Shown one piece after another: positions 34,731 to 43,117 of a stretch of 47,675 bases of DNA (positions within the stretch are counted from its first letter, which is position 1; the number at the start of each line of letters is the position of its first letter). The stretch spans positions 1 through 47,675 of the forward strand of contig JACCTU010000047.1 in the NCBI GenBank assembly GCA_013812235.1, in the 5' to 3' direction. The position numbers and the translations under genes are program-made. This DNA is from Actinomycetota bacterium (GTDB lineage Bacteria; Actinomycetota; Thermoleophilia; Gaiellales; Gaiellaceae). The notes beneath the pieces are model-generated. The model was not told where the DNA came from. It searched no databases and saw nothing but the letters and a program-made list of their open reading frames with translations.

Positions 34731-36149
34731 CTACGCGCGCTCGCGCAGCGCGGGGAAGAGGATCACGTCACGGATCGTGTCGCGACCCGCGAGCACCATC
34801 GTGAGCCGATCGATACCGAGCCCGAGACCGCCGGTGGGCGGCATCCCGTAGGAGAGCGCCTCGACGTAGTCATCGTCGCCGAGCTCCGTCTCACCAGCCC
34901 CCGCAGCACGTTCGGACGCCTGCATCGCGAACCGCTGCGCCTGCTCCTCGGAGTCGTTTAGCTCGCTGAACGCGTTGCCGAGCTCCATCCCGCCGACGAA
35001 GTACTCGAAGCGCTCGACGATCGACGGATCGTCGTCCGTCGCGCGCGCGAACGGTGAGAGCTCGATCGGGTAGTCGTGGAGGATCGTCGGCTCGATCAGC
35101 GCCGGCTCGACGAAGCGCTCGAGCGCGTGGTCGAGGAGCTGCGCCCACGTCTTGTCGTGCTTCGTGTCGACGTCACGCTCGGTCAGCCGCTTGCGCAGCT
35201 CGTCGGCATCGCGCGTCCACAGCCCGTGCTCGTCGAGCGCGTCGGCGAGCTTCAGCCTCCGCCAGCTCGCGAAGTCGACTTCGTGCGCGCGGAACGTGAC
35301 CTTCGTGGTCCCGTTCACCTCCTGCGCGACGGTTGCCGCGAGCTGCTCCATGCGCGCCATCGTGTCCCGGTAGTCGGCGTACGCCTCGTACCACTCGAGC
35401 ATCGTGAACTCCGGCTGGTGTTTGTACGACGTGCCCTCGTTGCGGAAGTCCTTGCCGATCTCGTAGACCTTTTCAAGCCCGCCGACGATCAGACGCTTGA
35501 GGTAGAGCTCGGTGGCGATGCGGAGGTAGTAGTCGGCGTCGAGTGCGTTGTAGTGGGTGACGAACGGCTCGGCGAAGGCACCGCCGTAGCGCGGCTGCAG
35601 GATCGGCGTCTCGACCTCGACGAAGCCTTGCTCGTCGAGGTATCGCCTGATCGCGGTCACCACGCGCGTGCGCAAGAGCGCATCCGCGCGCGACTCGTCG
35701 TTCACGAGCAGATCGAGGTAGCGCTGCCGGTATCGGGTCTCGACGTCCTGCAGGCCGTGGAACGTGTCGGGCAGCGGCTTGCGGTTCTTCGCGAGCAGCA
35801 CCGGCTGCTCGAACATGAACAGCGTGGGCTCGCCACGACGCGTTCGTCCGGGCACCCCGCTCACTCCGACAATGTCTCCGAGATTGACATCGAGTTGTTG
35901 TGCGATCTCCTTGACGAGAAAAGCGAGCTGCATTCGCCCTGACCGATCGACGAGATCGAGGAAAACGGCACTGCCCATATCTCGTCGCGCCATGATTCGA
36001 CCAGCGACCACAGCTCGCGGCGCCGATTCGCCCTCGACATCCGCCTCCGCAACCTCGCCTGGTTCGAGACGCTCTCCCCACGCCCTCGCCTCGGCGATCG
36101 AGATGCGCGGCGGTTGACCCTTTCCGGGGAAGCGCTTCGGGAGTGACAC
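34731..36149 (-). CDS. lysS: Lysine--tRNA ligase (class II)
   Basis: 472 aa with a GTG start. It has an OB anticodon-binding domain (GRIMARRDMGSAVFLDLVDRSGRMQL) and class II motifs (FVEVETPILQ; FRNEGTSYKHQPEFTMLEWYEAY; GGLGLGIDRLTMVL). Confidence 0.93.
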   Translation of the reverse strand: MSLPKRFPGKGQPPRISIAEARAWGERLEPGEVAEADVEGESAPRAVVAGRIMARRDMGSAVFLDLVDRSGRMQLAFLVKEIAQQLDVNLGDIVGVSGVPGRTRRGEPTLFMFEQPVLLAKNRKPLPDTFHGLQDVETRYRQRYLDLLVNDESRADALLRTRVVTAIRRYLDEQGFVEVETPILQPRYGGAFAEPFVTHYNALDADYYLRIATELYLKRLIVGGLEKVYEIGKDFRNEGTSYKHQPEFTMLEWYEAYADYRDTMARMEQLAATVAQEVNGTTKVTFRAHEVDFASWRRLKLADALDEHGLWTRDADELRKRLTERDVDTKHDKTWAQLLDHALERFVEPALIEPTILHDYPIELSPFARATDDDPSIVERFEYFVGGMELGNAFSELNDSEEQAQRFAMQASERAAGAGETELGDDDYVEALSYGMPPTGGLGLGIDRLTMVLAGRDTIRDVILFPALRERA

Positions 36150-36177
36150 TGCGCGAGTCTAGAGCCGGAGCCGCGAG

Positions 36178-36190
36178 GGCGGGCTTTGCC
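36178..36190 (-). repeat. Copy 2 of recurring intergenic 13-mer GGCGGGCTTTGCC
   Basis: Exact 13-mer, 29 nt upstream of the lysS GTG. A -10-like TAGACT (plus-strand agtcta, 36156-36161) ends 6 nt before the GTG, which suggests a leaderless lysS mRNA. Confidence 0.6.
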
Positions 36191-36255
36191 CGTCCTCGTT
36201 CGAGCGTGAGTCGGGTAAAAGCCGCCGCAGAAGTTGAGGCGCCGAAGGCGCCGAC

Positions 36256-36729
36256 TTATGCGGCCCTGATCTCCATGATCTTGAACTTGAGCGCGCCGCG
36301 CGGCGTGGAGACCTCGACCGTCTCGCCCTTCTTGCGGCCGATGATCGCCTTGCCGACCGGCGACTCGTTGGACAGCTTGTTCTCCGCGGGGTTGGCTTCC
36401 GCCGACCCGACGATGTGGTACTCGAGGGTCTTCTTCGCCTCGACGTCGCGGAGCTTCACGTGCGAGCCGAGGGAGACGACGTCCTTGGAGATCTCCTTCT
36501 TCTCGATCACGCGCGCCGACAGGAGCCGCTCCTCGAGCTGGGCGATTCGGTGCTCAAGCATCGCCTGCTCGTTCTTGGCGTCGTCGTACTCCGCGTTCTC
36601 GGCGATGTCGCCGAACTCCCGGGCGATCCGGATGCGGTCGGCTACCTCCCGCCGCTTGTTGCCGCGGAGGTGGTCGATCTCATCCTTCAGCTTCTCGTAC
36701 CCCTCTTTGGTAAGGACGACTTCCTTCAA
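36256..36729 (-). CDS. greA: Transcription elongation factor GreA
   Basis: The sequence is LKEVVLTKEGYEKLKDEIDHLRGNKRREVADRIRIAREFGDIAENAEYDDAKNEQAMLEHRIAQLEERL..., followed by a C-terminal FKBP-like domain. TTG 36729 is preferred because an AAAGGGG SD lies 5 nt upstream. The track ORF extends to another TTG at 36765 that has no SD. Confidence 0.9.
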   Translation of the reverse strand: MKEVVLTKEGYEKLKDEIDHLRGNKRREVADRIRIAREFGDIAENAEYDDAKNEQAMLEHRIAQLEERLLSARVIEKKEISKDVVSLGSHVKLRDVEAKKTLEYHIVGSAEANPAENKLSNESPVGKAIIGRKKGETVEVSTPRGALKFKIMEIRAA

Positions 36730-36784
36730 GACTGCCCCTTTAGATGCACAAAGCGCGGCGCTCAAGCGCCGCCGCGAATCGGGA

Positions 36785-36814
36785 AGTGTAGCCTCGTGGG
36801 TCCAGGCTCGTCAA
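36785..36814 (-). promoter_or_regulatory. Candidate greA promoter (-35 TTGACG, 18-nt spacer, -10 TACACT)
   Basis: The hexamers were read on the minus strand: plus-strand cgtcaa at 36809-36814 and agtgta at 36785-36790. A divergent dusB -10-like TACAAT lies at 36828-36833. This rests on consensus matching only. Confidence 0.35.
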
Positions 36815-36843
36815 CAACGAGAGGCGCTACAATTTCCCGCTCT

Positions 36844-37923
36844 ATGCAGGCAAAACGAGAGCCGTCGCAGGTAGATCTTCACGAACCCTGGCGGATCCGC
36901 GACGTCGAGATCCCGACGCGGCTCGTCCTCGCCCCGATGGCGGGCGTCAGTGTGCAGGCCTTTCGGCGCCAGGGCCGTCGCTACGGGGCCGGCCTCGTCT
37001 GCTCGGAGATGGTCAGCTGCGCCGGGCTCCACCACGGGAACGAGCGGACGCTCGGCTACCTGAGGATCGCCGGCGACGAGCACCCGCTCGCCGTGCAGAT
37101 CTTCGGGTCGGAGCCGGCCGTGATGGCCGAGGCCGCGCGCATGGTCGCGGACGCGGGAGCGGACATCGTCGACATCAACTTCGGCTGCCCCGTCCGCAAG
37201 GTCACGAAGACCGGCGCGGGCGCGACCTTGCTCGAGGATCCGGGCCGCGCCTGCGCGATCGTGGCCGCGGTCGCGTCAGCGGTCGACCTGCCGGTAAGCG
37301 TGAAGATGCGCCGCGGTCTCGAGGACGGCTCGAGGGCGTGCCTCGCCGTCGGGCCGAGGCTCGTCGAGGTCGGGGCCGCGTCGCTGACCCTGCACCCGCG
37401 CTCGGCGAAGCAGATGTACACCGGCACCGCGGATCACGCGCTCACGGCCGAGCTCGTGGAGCTTGTCGACGTGCCGATCATCGCCTCGGGCGACGTCACC
37501 TCCCGCGCGCGGGCCCAGGCCGTCCTCGCGGCGACCGGCGCTTCGGCCGTGATGATCGGCCGTGCCGCGCAAGGCAACCCGTGGGTGCTGCGTGAGATCC
37601 TCGAAGAGGGCACCGGCGAGCCGAGCCGGGAGGAGGTCGTCGCCGAGCTCGTCCTGTTCATGCGCGAGACCGTCCGCGAGCTCGGAGATCGGAAGGCCAA
37701 CGGGTTCCTGAAGAAGTTCTACGGCTGGTACCTCGGCCGAGGGCGCTTCCCGCGGGCCTTCAAGGCCGAGCTGACGCAGCTGGACGACTTCGTCGAGGTC
37801 GAGTGCAGGCTCTTTGCGGCCGCCCCGGGAGCGCGGTTCGTCCTCGCGCGGCTCGAGGAGGAGCAGCCGACGGCCGACGAGGTCACGCTCGACCTTCCGA
37901 TCTCGATCTACGGGGGCGGTTAG
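36844..37923 (+). CDS. dusB: tRNA-dihydrouridine synthase (DusB-like)
   Basis: 359 aa from the internal ATG. The sequence includes LVLAPMAGVSVQAFRRQGRRYGAGLVCSEMVS...VQIFGSEP...DIVDINFGCPVRKVTKTGAGATLL...SVKMRRG...LTLHPRSAKQMYTG. Confidence 0.9.
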   Translation: MQAKREPSQVDLHEPWRIRDVEIPTRLVLAPMAGVSVQAFRRQGRRYGAGLVCSEMVSCAGLHHGNERTLGYLRIAGDEHPLAVQIFGSEPAVMAEAARMVADAGADIVDINFGCPVRKVTKTGAGATLLEDPGRACAIVAAVASAVDLPVSVKMRRGLEDGSRACLAVGPRLVEVGAASLTLHPRSAKQMYTGTADHALTAELVELVDVPIIASGDVTSRARAQAVLAATGASAVMIGRAAQGNPWVLREILEEGTGEPSREEVVAELVLFMRETVRELGDRKANGFLKKFYGWYLGRGRFPRAFKAELTQLDDFVEVECRLFAAAPGARFVLARLEEEQPTADEVTLDLPISIYGGG

Positions 37924-37968
37924 CGGCCAGCAAGTCGGGAACGCTCACCCCAACGGTAAAGGGGGGTT

Positions 37969-38622
37969 ATGAGCGTGCACGGAGACCGGCCGGCGACGCT
38001 GGGCGAGACGCCCACCGCGGCGGCCGAACGTGAGGCCAAGGCGATCGAGCGGCACGAGGCCAGGGCCCCAGTGCACCCGATCGCGGCAGCGCGAGACCGC
38101 TTCGGCGGGATCGACCTGCCGGCGAGCCTCGTCGGGATGCTGACCGCGATCGCGATGCTGATCCTGCTCGGTGGGATCGTCGGCGCGGCGATCGGGGCGA
38201 TCGGCTACCAGACCGGCCTGAGCGGCGACAACGTCGAGGACGTCTCGCTGGCGAGCTTGATCGGTGGGCTCGTCGTACTCGCTGTCGCATACCTCGTCGG
38301 GGGTTGGACAGCCGGCCGCATCGCTCGGTACGACGGCGCGCGCAACGGCCTGATGACCGCCGTCTGGACGATCGTGCTTGCGGGCGCGTTGTCCGCGCTG
38401 GCCGCCTGGTTCGGCAGCGAGTACGACGTGTTCGCCAACGTCGAGCTGCCGCAGTGGTTCGACCGCGACGCGCTGACAACCGCCGCACTCGCCTCGGGCG
38501 TCGCGGCCGTAGCGACGATGGTCGTCGCGGGTCTGCTCGGCGGGCTGTGGGGCACGCGCTACCACCGCCTAGCGGACGAGACGCTGCTCGACGCACGGGA
38601 GCTGCACGAGGTCGAGGTCTAG
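37969..38622 (+). CDS. Hypothetical integral membrane protein (4 predicted TM)
   Basis: 217 aa with a GGGGGG SD 4 nt upstream. It has a polar N-terminus followed by four Gly/Ala/Leu-rich hydrophobic segments. No family was recognised. Confidence 0.6.
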   Translation: MSVHGDRPATLGETPTAAAEREAKAIERHEARAPVHPIAAARDRFGGIDLPASLVGMLTAIAMLILLGGIVGAAIGAIGYQTGLSGDNVEDVSLASLIGGLVVLAVAYLVGGWTAGRIARYDGARNGLMTAVWTIVLAGALSALAAWFGSEYDVFANVELPQWFDRDALTTAALASGVAAVATMVVAGLLGGLWGTRYHRLADETLLDARELHEVEV

Positions 38623-38659
38623 GCGACGGGCGTGGGAGCGGTGCCCAGCCGCTCCCACG

Positions 38660-39406
38660 TCAACTGTTCCGCGCGTAGACGAGCCGCAGGCCCTCGAGCG
38701 TGAGGTGCGGATCGACCTTCGCGAGCGTGCGCGAGTGCGACGCGACGAGCTCGGCGAGGCCTCCGGTGGCGATCGCCTGCGCGTCGACGCCGAGCTCCGC
38801 GCGGATGCGCGTCACGAGCTCGTCGACCTGCCCGACGAAGCCGTAGACAAGGCCCGACTGCAGCGCAGTCTGCGTCGTCTTCCCGATCACCGATGGTGGC
38901 GCGGTGAAGTCGACGCGGAAGAGACGCGCCGCCCGCGAGAACAGCGCGTCCATCGATATCTCGATTCCCGGCGCGAGGACGCCGCCGACGTACTCTCCCT
39001 CGGACGAGACGACGTCGAAGTTCGTCGAAGTTCCGAAGTCGACGACGATGCACGGCGAGCCGTAGCGCTCCTTGGCGGCCACGGCGTTCGCGATCCGGTC
39101 GGGCCCGACTTCGCGCGGGTCGTCGTAGCGGATCGCGATCCCTGTGCTCACGCCTGGACCCATGACGAGTACAGGCACTCCGGCCCGGCCGGCGAACTCT
39201 TCGTACTCGCGAACGAGCGCCGGCACGGTCGACGACAGGCAAACGCCGTCGATCGCGTCGAGGTCGAGCAGCCCGTTGATCAGGACGTAGAGCTCGTCCG
39301 CGGTTCGGCGACGCTCGGTCGCGACGCGGTAGTGCTCGGCGAGCCGGTCGCCGTCGAACACTCCGTAGACGGTTTGCGTATTACCGGCATCCACGGCGAG
39401 CAGCAT
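38660..39406 (-). CDS. coaX: Type III pantothenate kinase
   Basis: 248 aa. The sequence includes MLLAVDAGNTQTVYGVF...CIVVDFGTSTNFDVVS...GGVLAPGIEIS...ATGGLA. Confidence 0.9.
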   Translation of the reverse strand: MLLAVDAGNTQTVYGVFDGDRLAEHYRVATERRRTADELYVLINGLLDLDAIDGVCLSSTVPALVREYEEFAGRAGVPVLVMGPGVSTGIAIRYDDPREVGPDRIANAVAAKERYGSPCIVVDFGTSTNFDVVSSEGEYVGGVLAPGIEISMDALFSRAARLFRVDFTAPPSVIGKTTQTALQSGLVYGFVGQVDELVTRIRAELGVDAQAIATGGLAELVASHSRTLAKVDPHLTLEGLRLVYARNS

Positions 39407-39430
39407 CGTCAGAAGCGTATTCGCCGCGCT

Positions 39431-39443
39431 GGCGGGCTTTGCC
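39431..39443 (-). repeat. Copy 3 of recurring intergenic 13-mer GGCGGGCTTTGCC
   Basis: Exact 13-mer, 25 nt upstream of the coaX ATG. A -10-like TACGCT ends 7 nt before the ATG. Confidence 0.6.
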
Positions 39444-39499
39444 CGGTAGCGCTCAGAGCCGCCATCGGAGACCGGAAGTCAGATCCGACGAAGAGTCCG

Positions 39500-39865
39500 T
39501 CAGGACTCTGAGTCGTCAGACGAGAGCGCCTCGCGCATCCGCTCGGCGAGGGCGTCCGCGGAGAGCGCGGGGTCGTCCTCGCCGCGCAACTCCTCGACCG
39601 AGACGTCGCCCGAGGTGTAGACCTCGGCGCGCGGGATCATCCGCGTGGGCCGGGCCTTGTCCCAGACCCAGACGTCGTCCATCGTCAAGTGGAAGAACGG
39701 GTAGTTCCCCTGCGGCACGTACTGCAGGTCGAGCCGGTTGCAGAGGTACGTCGCGTCCTGCGTCAGCACGCAGTATTTGAAGAGGCCGAAGACGGCGGAG
39801 TACTCCTTCTTCAGGAGCAGCTCGGCCTCGGCCTCGAACTCGTCGAGCTCGTCGAGGTGGGACAT
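39500..39865 (-). CDS. DUF2469-like conserved actinobacterial protein
   Basis: 121 aa. LDEFEAEAELLLKKEYSAVFGLFKYCVLTQDATYLCNRLDLQYV...FFHLTMDDVWVWDKARPTRMIPRAEVYTSGDVSVEEL resembles the DUF2469 family pattern as I remember it. Confidence 0.65.
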   Translation of the reverse strand: MSHLDELDEFEAEAELLLKKEYSAVFGLFKYCVLTQDATYLCNRLDLQYVPQGNYPFFHLTMDDVWVWDKARPTRMIPRAEVYTSGDVSVEELRGEDDPALSADALAERMREALSSDDSES

Positions 39866-39869
39866 GGGC

Positions 39870-40331
39870 TCAGTCTAGTTTTCGCGGCAAGGTCTCCAGC
39901 GGCCCGTGCCCGGGGACGACGAGGCCCGGGTCGAGCTCGGCCAGCGGCTCGAGCGCGAAAGCCCGCTCGTGGAGCCGCGGATGCGGGATCGTGAGACCCG
40001 GTTCGTCGAACGACTCGTCGCCGTAGAGGAGCAGGTCGAGGTCGATCGTCCTCGGCCCGAAGCGCGGGCCGTCGCGGGTCCGCCCGAGCGAGCGTTCGAC
40101 GGCCAGGAGGGCGTCCAGCAGCTCCCGCGGCGTGAGCGTCGTGTCGATCGCAACGGCTCCGTTCAGGAAGCGCGGCTGGTCGAGGTAGTCCACCGGGTCG
40201 GTCTCGCGTAAGGTCGAGACCGCGACCACCTCGACTCCCTCCGTCGCGTCCAGCGCCGCGACCGCCGCGCGGAGCGCTCCCTCGCGCTCACCGAGGTTCG
40301 CGCCGAGGCCGACGTAGGCGCGCGCCATCAC
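39870..40331 (-). CDS. folK: 2-amino-4-hydroxy-6-hydroxymethyldihydropteridine diphosphokinase
   Basis: 153 aa. The sequence includes AYVGLGANLGERE...VSTLRETDPV...QPRFLNGAV...GPRTIDLDLLLYG...LTIPHPRLHERAFAL.PL. Confidence 0.9.
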   Translation of the reverse strand: MMARAYVGLGANLGEREGALRAAVAALDATEGVEVVAVSTLRETDPVDYLDQPRFLNGAVAIDTTLTPRELLDALLAVERSLGRTRDGPRFGPRTIDLDLLLYGDESFDEPGLTIPHPRLHERAFALEPLAELDPGLVVPGHGPLETLPRKLD

Positions 40332-40364
40332 GCGACGTTAACCGTCCAGGGCTACCCTGCGGCC

Positions 40365-41948
40365 TTGGCTCGCGCGTCGATCGCCTTCAGCCTGCTCGCG
40401 CTCGTTCTCTCGCCCTCCGCGCTCGCAGGCAGGGCGGCCTCGCCTTCTCCCGCGACTCCGGGCCTGCTCTCGATCGGCGCATACGAGCGCACCCTCGTGC
40501 AGCTCGAGCGAGGCTCGCTCACCGCGGAGGGCGGCACCCTCCTCTCAGGCTCTCAGAAGATCTGGGTACTCCCGACCGACGCGGCACAGCGTGTCCTGCC
40601 GGCCCTGCTCGCGCGCGGACTCGTGCGGACGGTCGAGCCCGACCGGCCGATCGAGCTCCTCCGTGCGAGCGCCGAGCCGTTGATCGGGCTCGAGTACTGG
40701 CGCACGCTCGTCGGCGCCGACGCCGCGACCGCACCGGGCCCGGGCAAGCCGATCACCGTGGTCGACACGGGGCTCGACGTGACCCACGAGGAGTTCGCGG
40801 GGCGCCCGAACACCTTCCTGCTCGGCCCGCAGAACCTGACCGACTCGGACGACGACTTCCACGGGAGCGCGGTCTCGTCCGTGGCTGCCGCGCCGGAGAA
40901 CGGGCTCGGCGTCCTCGGCGTCTATCCACAGGCGGTGCTCCGCTCGGTCGACGTCGGCGATCTGACCGTCGCGAACGTCATCGCCGCGCTCGGCGAGGCG
41001 ATGCGAGCCGGCCCGAGTGTGATCAACATGAGCTTCGGCCTTCCGTACACACGTCTGCTCGAGGACACGCTGCTGACGGCATTCCGCACGGGGTCGATTC
41101 TCGTCGCGGCCTCCGGGAACGAGCGTCAAGAGCGCACCCCCGCGGGCCCTCCCGGCAGCCTGCCTCACGTGCTCACCGTGGCCGCCACCGGCCAGCGGAA
41201 CGAACCGGCCAGCTTCTCGACGGCCTCGCTCGGCGTCGACCTCGCGGCCCCTGGGGTCGACATCCCCGGCGCGGTACCGCGCTTCTTCGACTCGAGCGGC
41301 TACTACTTGTCGATGAACGGGACGAGCTTCTCGGCGCCGATCGTCTCCGGTGCGACCGCGTGGGTCTGGACAGCCCGGCCGACGCTGGACAACACGCAGA
41401 TCTTCGAGCTGATGCGCGCGACCGCAACCGACGTCGCAGACGAGGGCTTCGACCGCGACACCGGGTTCGGCGTGCTGAGCATCCCGAACGCGCTCGCCTC
41501 CCAGGCCCCGCCGAAGGACCCGAGCGAGCCGAACGACGACATCCGCCACGTGCGCGCACGTGGTCTCTTCCGGGCGGCGGTCTCGCCGATCACCGCGCCG
41601 AACCGACCACGCACGACGTTCCGCGCACGGCTCGACGTCACCGAGGACCCGGAGGACGTCTACCGCGTGTACGTGCCCCCGGGACGGACCGTGCGAATCA
41701 CCGCGACGCCCGACACCGACGTCGACGTCGAGGTCTGGAAGGCGAGCGCGTCCTCCGTGTTCCTGCGCGGTTCGGCCCGCACGCGGAACCTGCTCGCGAC
41801 GAGCGGCAAGGACGGACGGGCGGCGGAGCGGGTCTCGGTCCGCAACCGCACGAAGGCCGGCTTTTACGCGTACCTCGACGTCTACCTGCCGCGCAGCGGC
41901 CCGCTCGACGCGCGGTACACGCTCACGGTCTCGACCGTTCGACCGTAG
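40365..41948 (+). CDS. Secreted S8-family (subtilisin-like) serine peptidase with C-terminal beta-rich (PPC-like) domain
   Basis: 527 aa with a TTG start and signal peptide LARASIAFSLLALVLSPSALA. The catalytic triad contexts are VVDTGLDVTHEEF (Asp), FHGSAVSS (His) and NGTSFSAPIVSGA (Ser). A C-terminal SEPNDD...YRVYVPPGRTV...VEVW domain follows. Confidence 0.85.
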   Translation: MARASIAFSLLALVLSPSALAGRAASPSPATPGLLSIGAYERTLVQLERGSLTAEGGTLLSGSQKIWVLPTDAAQRVLPALLARGLVRTVEPDRPIELLRASAEPLIGLEYWRTLVGADAATAPGPGKPITVVDTGLDVTHEEFAGRPNTFLLGPQNLTDSDDDFHGSAVSSVAAAPENGLGVLGVYPQAVLRSVDVGDLTVANVIAALGEAMRAGPSVINMSFGLPYTRLLEDTLLTAFRTGSILVAASGNERQERTPAGPPGSLPHVLTVAATGQRNEPASFSTASLGVDLAAPGVDIPGAVPRFFDSSGYYLSMNGTSFSAPIVSGATAWVWTARPTLDNTQIFELMRATATDVADEGFDRDTGFGVLSIPNALASQAPPKDPSEPNDDIRHVRARGLFRAAVSPITAPNRPRTTFRARLDVTEDPEDVYRVYVPPGRTVRITATPDTDVDVEVWKASASSVFLRGSARTRNLLATSGKDGRAAERVSVRNRTKAGFYAYLDVYLPRSGPLDARYTLTVSTVRP

Positions 41949-42276
41949 CCGCGCTGTACTCGACCGGCGGATCGAGCTTGAGGTCGGGCTTGCGAACGCG
42001 CACGCGAACCCGCTCGACTGGGAAGCGCGAGAGCAACTCGTCCGCCACCCCCGCCGCGAGCGCCTCGAGTAGGTGGTACGCGCGCGTGTCGGAGACTTCA
42101 CGCACGGCCAGCGCCACGTCGCGGTAATCGATCGCGTCCTCGAGGCGGTCGGAGAGCACCGCTTCGGGCACGGAGAGCCAGACGTCGAAGAGGAAGCGCT
42201 GCCCGCGCTCGCGCTCCTCCGGCAAGGCACCGTGGAAGCCGCGCACCTCGAGCGCGTGCAGCTCGAGCTCGATCAT
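41923..42276 (-). CDS. folB: Dihydroneopterin aldolase
   Basis: 117 aa. The sequence includes IELELHALEVRGFHGALPEERERGQRFLFDVWL...DAIDYRDV...HLLEALA. A 4-nt overlap joins it to folP. Confidence 0.9.
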   Translation of the reverse strand: MIELELHALEVRGFHGALPEERERGQRFLFDVWLSVPEAVLSDRLEDAIDYRDVALAVREVSDTRAYHLLEALAAGVADELLSRFPVERVRVRVRKPDLKLDPPVEYSAATVERSRP

Positions 42277-43097
42277 GCGACAACCTCGCGCGCCACGGCG
42301 AGCGCCTCGACGTGCTCGCGGACGTCGTGCACACGGAGGATCGTCGCGCCGCGCTCGTACGCGGTCACCGCGGCAGCGAGGCTCGCCGAGAGCGGCCCCG
42401 TGTTGGCGTCGGGATCACCCAGCACCCGGCCTAGCGACCGCTTGCGGGAGAACCCGATCACGACGGGCCTCCCGAGCGACGCGATCACGTCGAGCCGGCG
42501 CAGCAGCTCGAAGTTGTGCTCGGTCGTCTTGCCGAAGCCGATCCCCGGGTCGACACAGATGCGGTCCTCCCGAACGCCCTCCTGGACGGCGAAGGCGATG
42601 CGCTGCTCGAGGAACGACGCGACCTCGGACGCTACGTCGCCGTAGCGCGGGTCGACCTGCATGGTCCGCGGCTCCCCCTGCATGTGCATCAGGCAGAGAT
42701 AGGCGCCTGCGTCGGCGACGACGGCGCCCAGCGCCGGGTCTCCCCGGAGCGCGGTCACGTCGTTCACGAGCTCCGCGCCGAGCTCGAGCGCGCGGCGGGC
42801 GACCTCCGCCTTCGCGGTGTCGATCGAGACCGGGAGCTCGCTCGCGACGGCCTCGACCACCGGCAGCACCCGACGAAGCTCCTCGTCGACCCCGACGCCC
42901 TCGGAGCCCGGCCGCGTCGACTCGCCGCCGACGTCGACGATCGCCGCGCCGTCGGCCACCATGCGCCGCGCGGACGCGATCGCATCCTCCGCGCGGAAGT
43001 GCACGCCGCCGTCCGAGAACGAGTCGGGAGTGACGTTGACGACGCCCATCACGGACGGGCGAGCGAATCGTTGCTCGATCGGGGGCCTGCTTGGCAC
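42273..43097 (-). CDS. folP: Dihydropteroate synthase
   Basis: 274 aa with a GTG start. The sequence includes VMGVVNVTPDSFSDGG...IVDVGGESTRPG...SIDT...VNDV...DPGIGFGKT...GFSRKR. Confidence 0.9.
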   Translation of the reverse strand: MPSRPPIEQRFARPSVMGVVNVTPDSFSDGGVHFRAEDAIASARRMVADGAAIVDVGGESTRPGSEGVGVDEELRRVLPVVEAVASELPVSIDTAKAEVARRALELGAELVNDVTALRGDPALGAVVADAGAYLCLMHMQGEPRTMQVDPRYGDVASEVASFLEQRIAFAVQEGVREDRICVDPGIGFGKTTEHNFELLRRLDVIASLGRPVVIGFSRKRSLGRVLGDPDANTGPLSASLAAAVTAYERGATILRVHDVREHVEALAVAREVVA

Positions 43098-43117
43098 GTT
43101 CGTGCAGAGTCTGCCCG

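Noticed and set aside
36730-36765. Longer GreA N-terminus starting at TTG 36765 (the track ORF start)
   Set aside because: There is no Shine-Dalgarno, the extra residues (LSAALCASKGAV) do not resemble GreA, and the candidate promoter would leave almost no leader. TTG 36729, with its AAAGGGG SD, gives a canonical 157-aa GreA.
43091-43117. ABC exporter start at TTG 43091
   Set aside because: It would overlap the divergent folP start codon (43097), and the added residues (ARSCRVCP) are not family-like. GTG 43118 is preferred, although neither start is verified.
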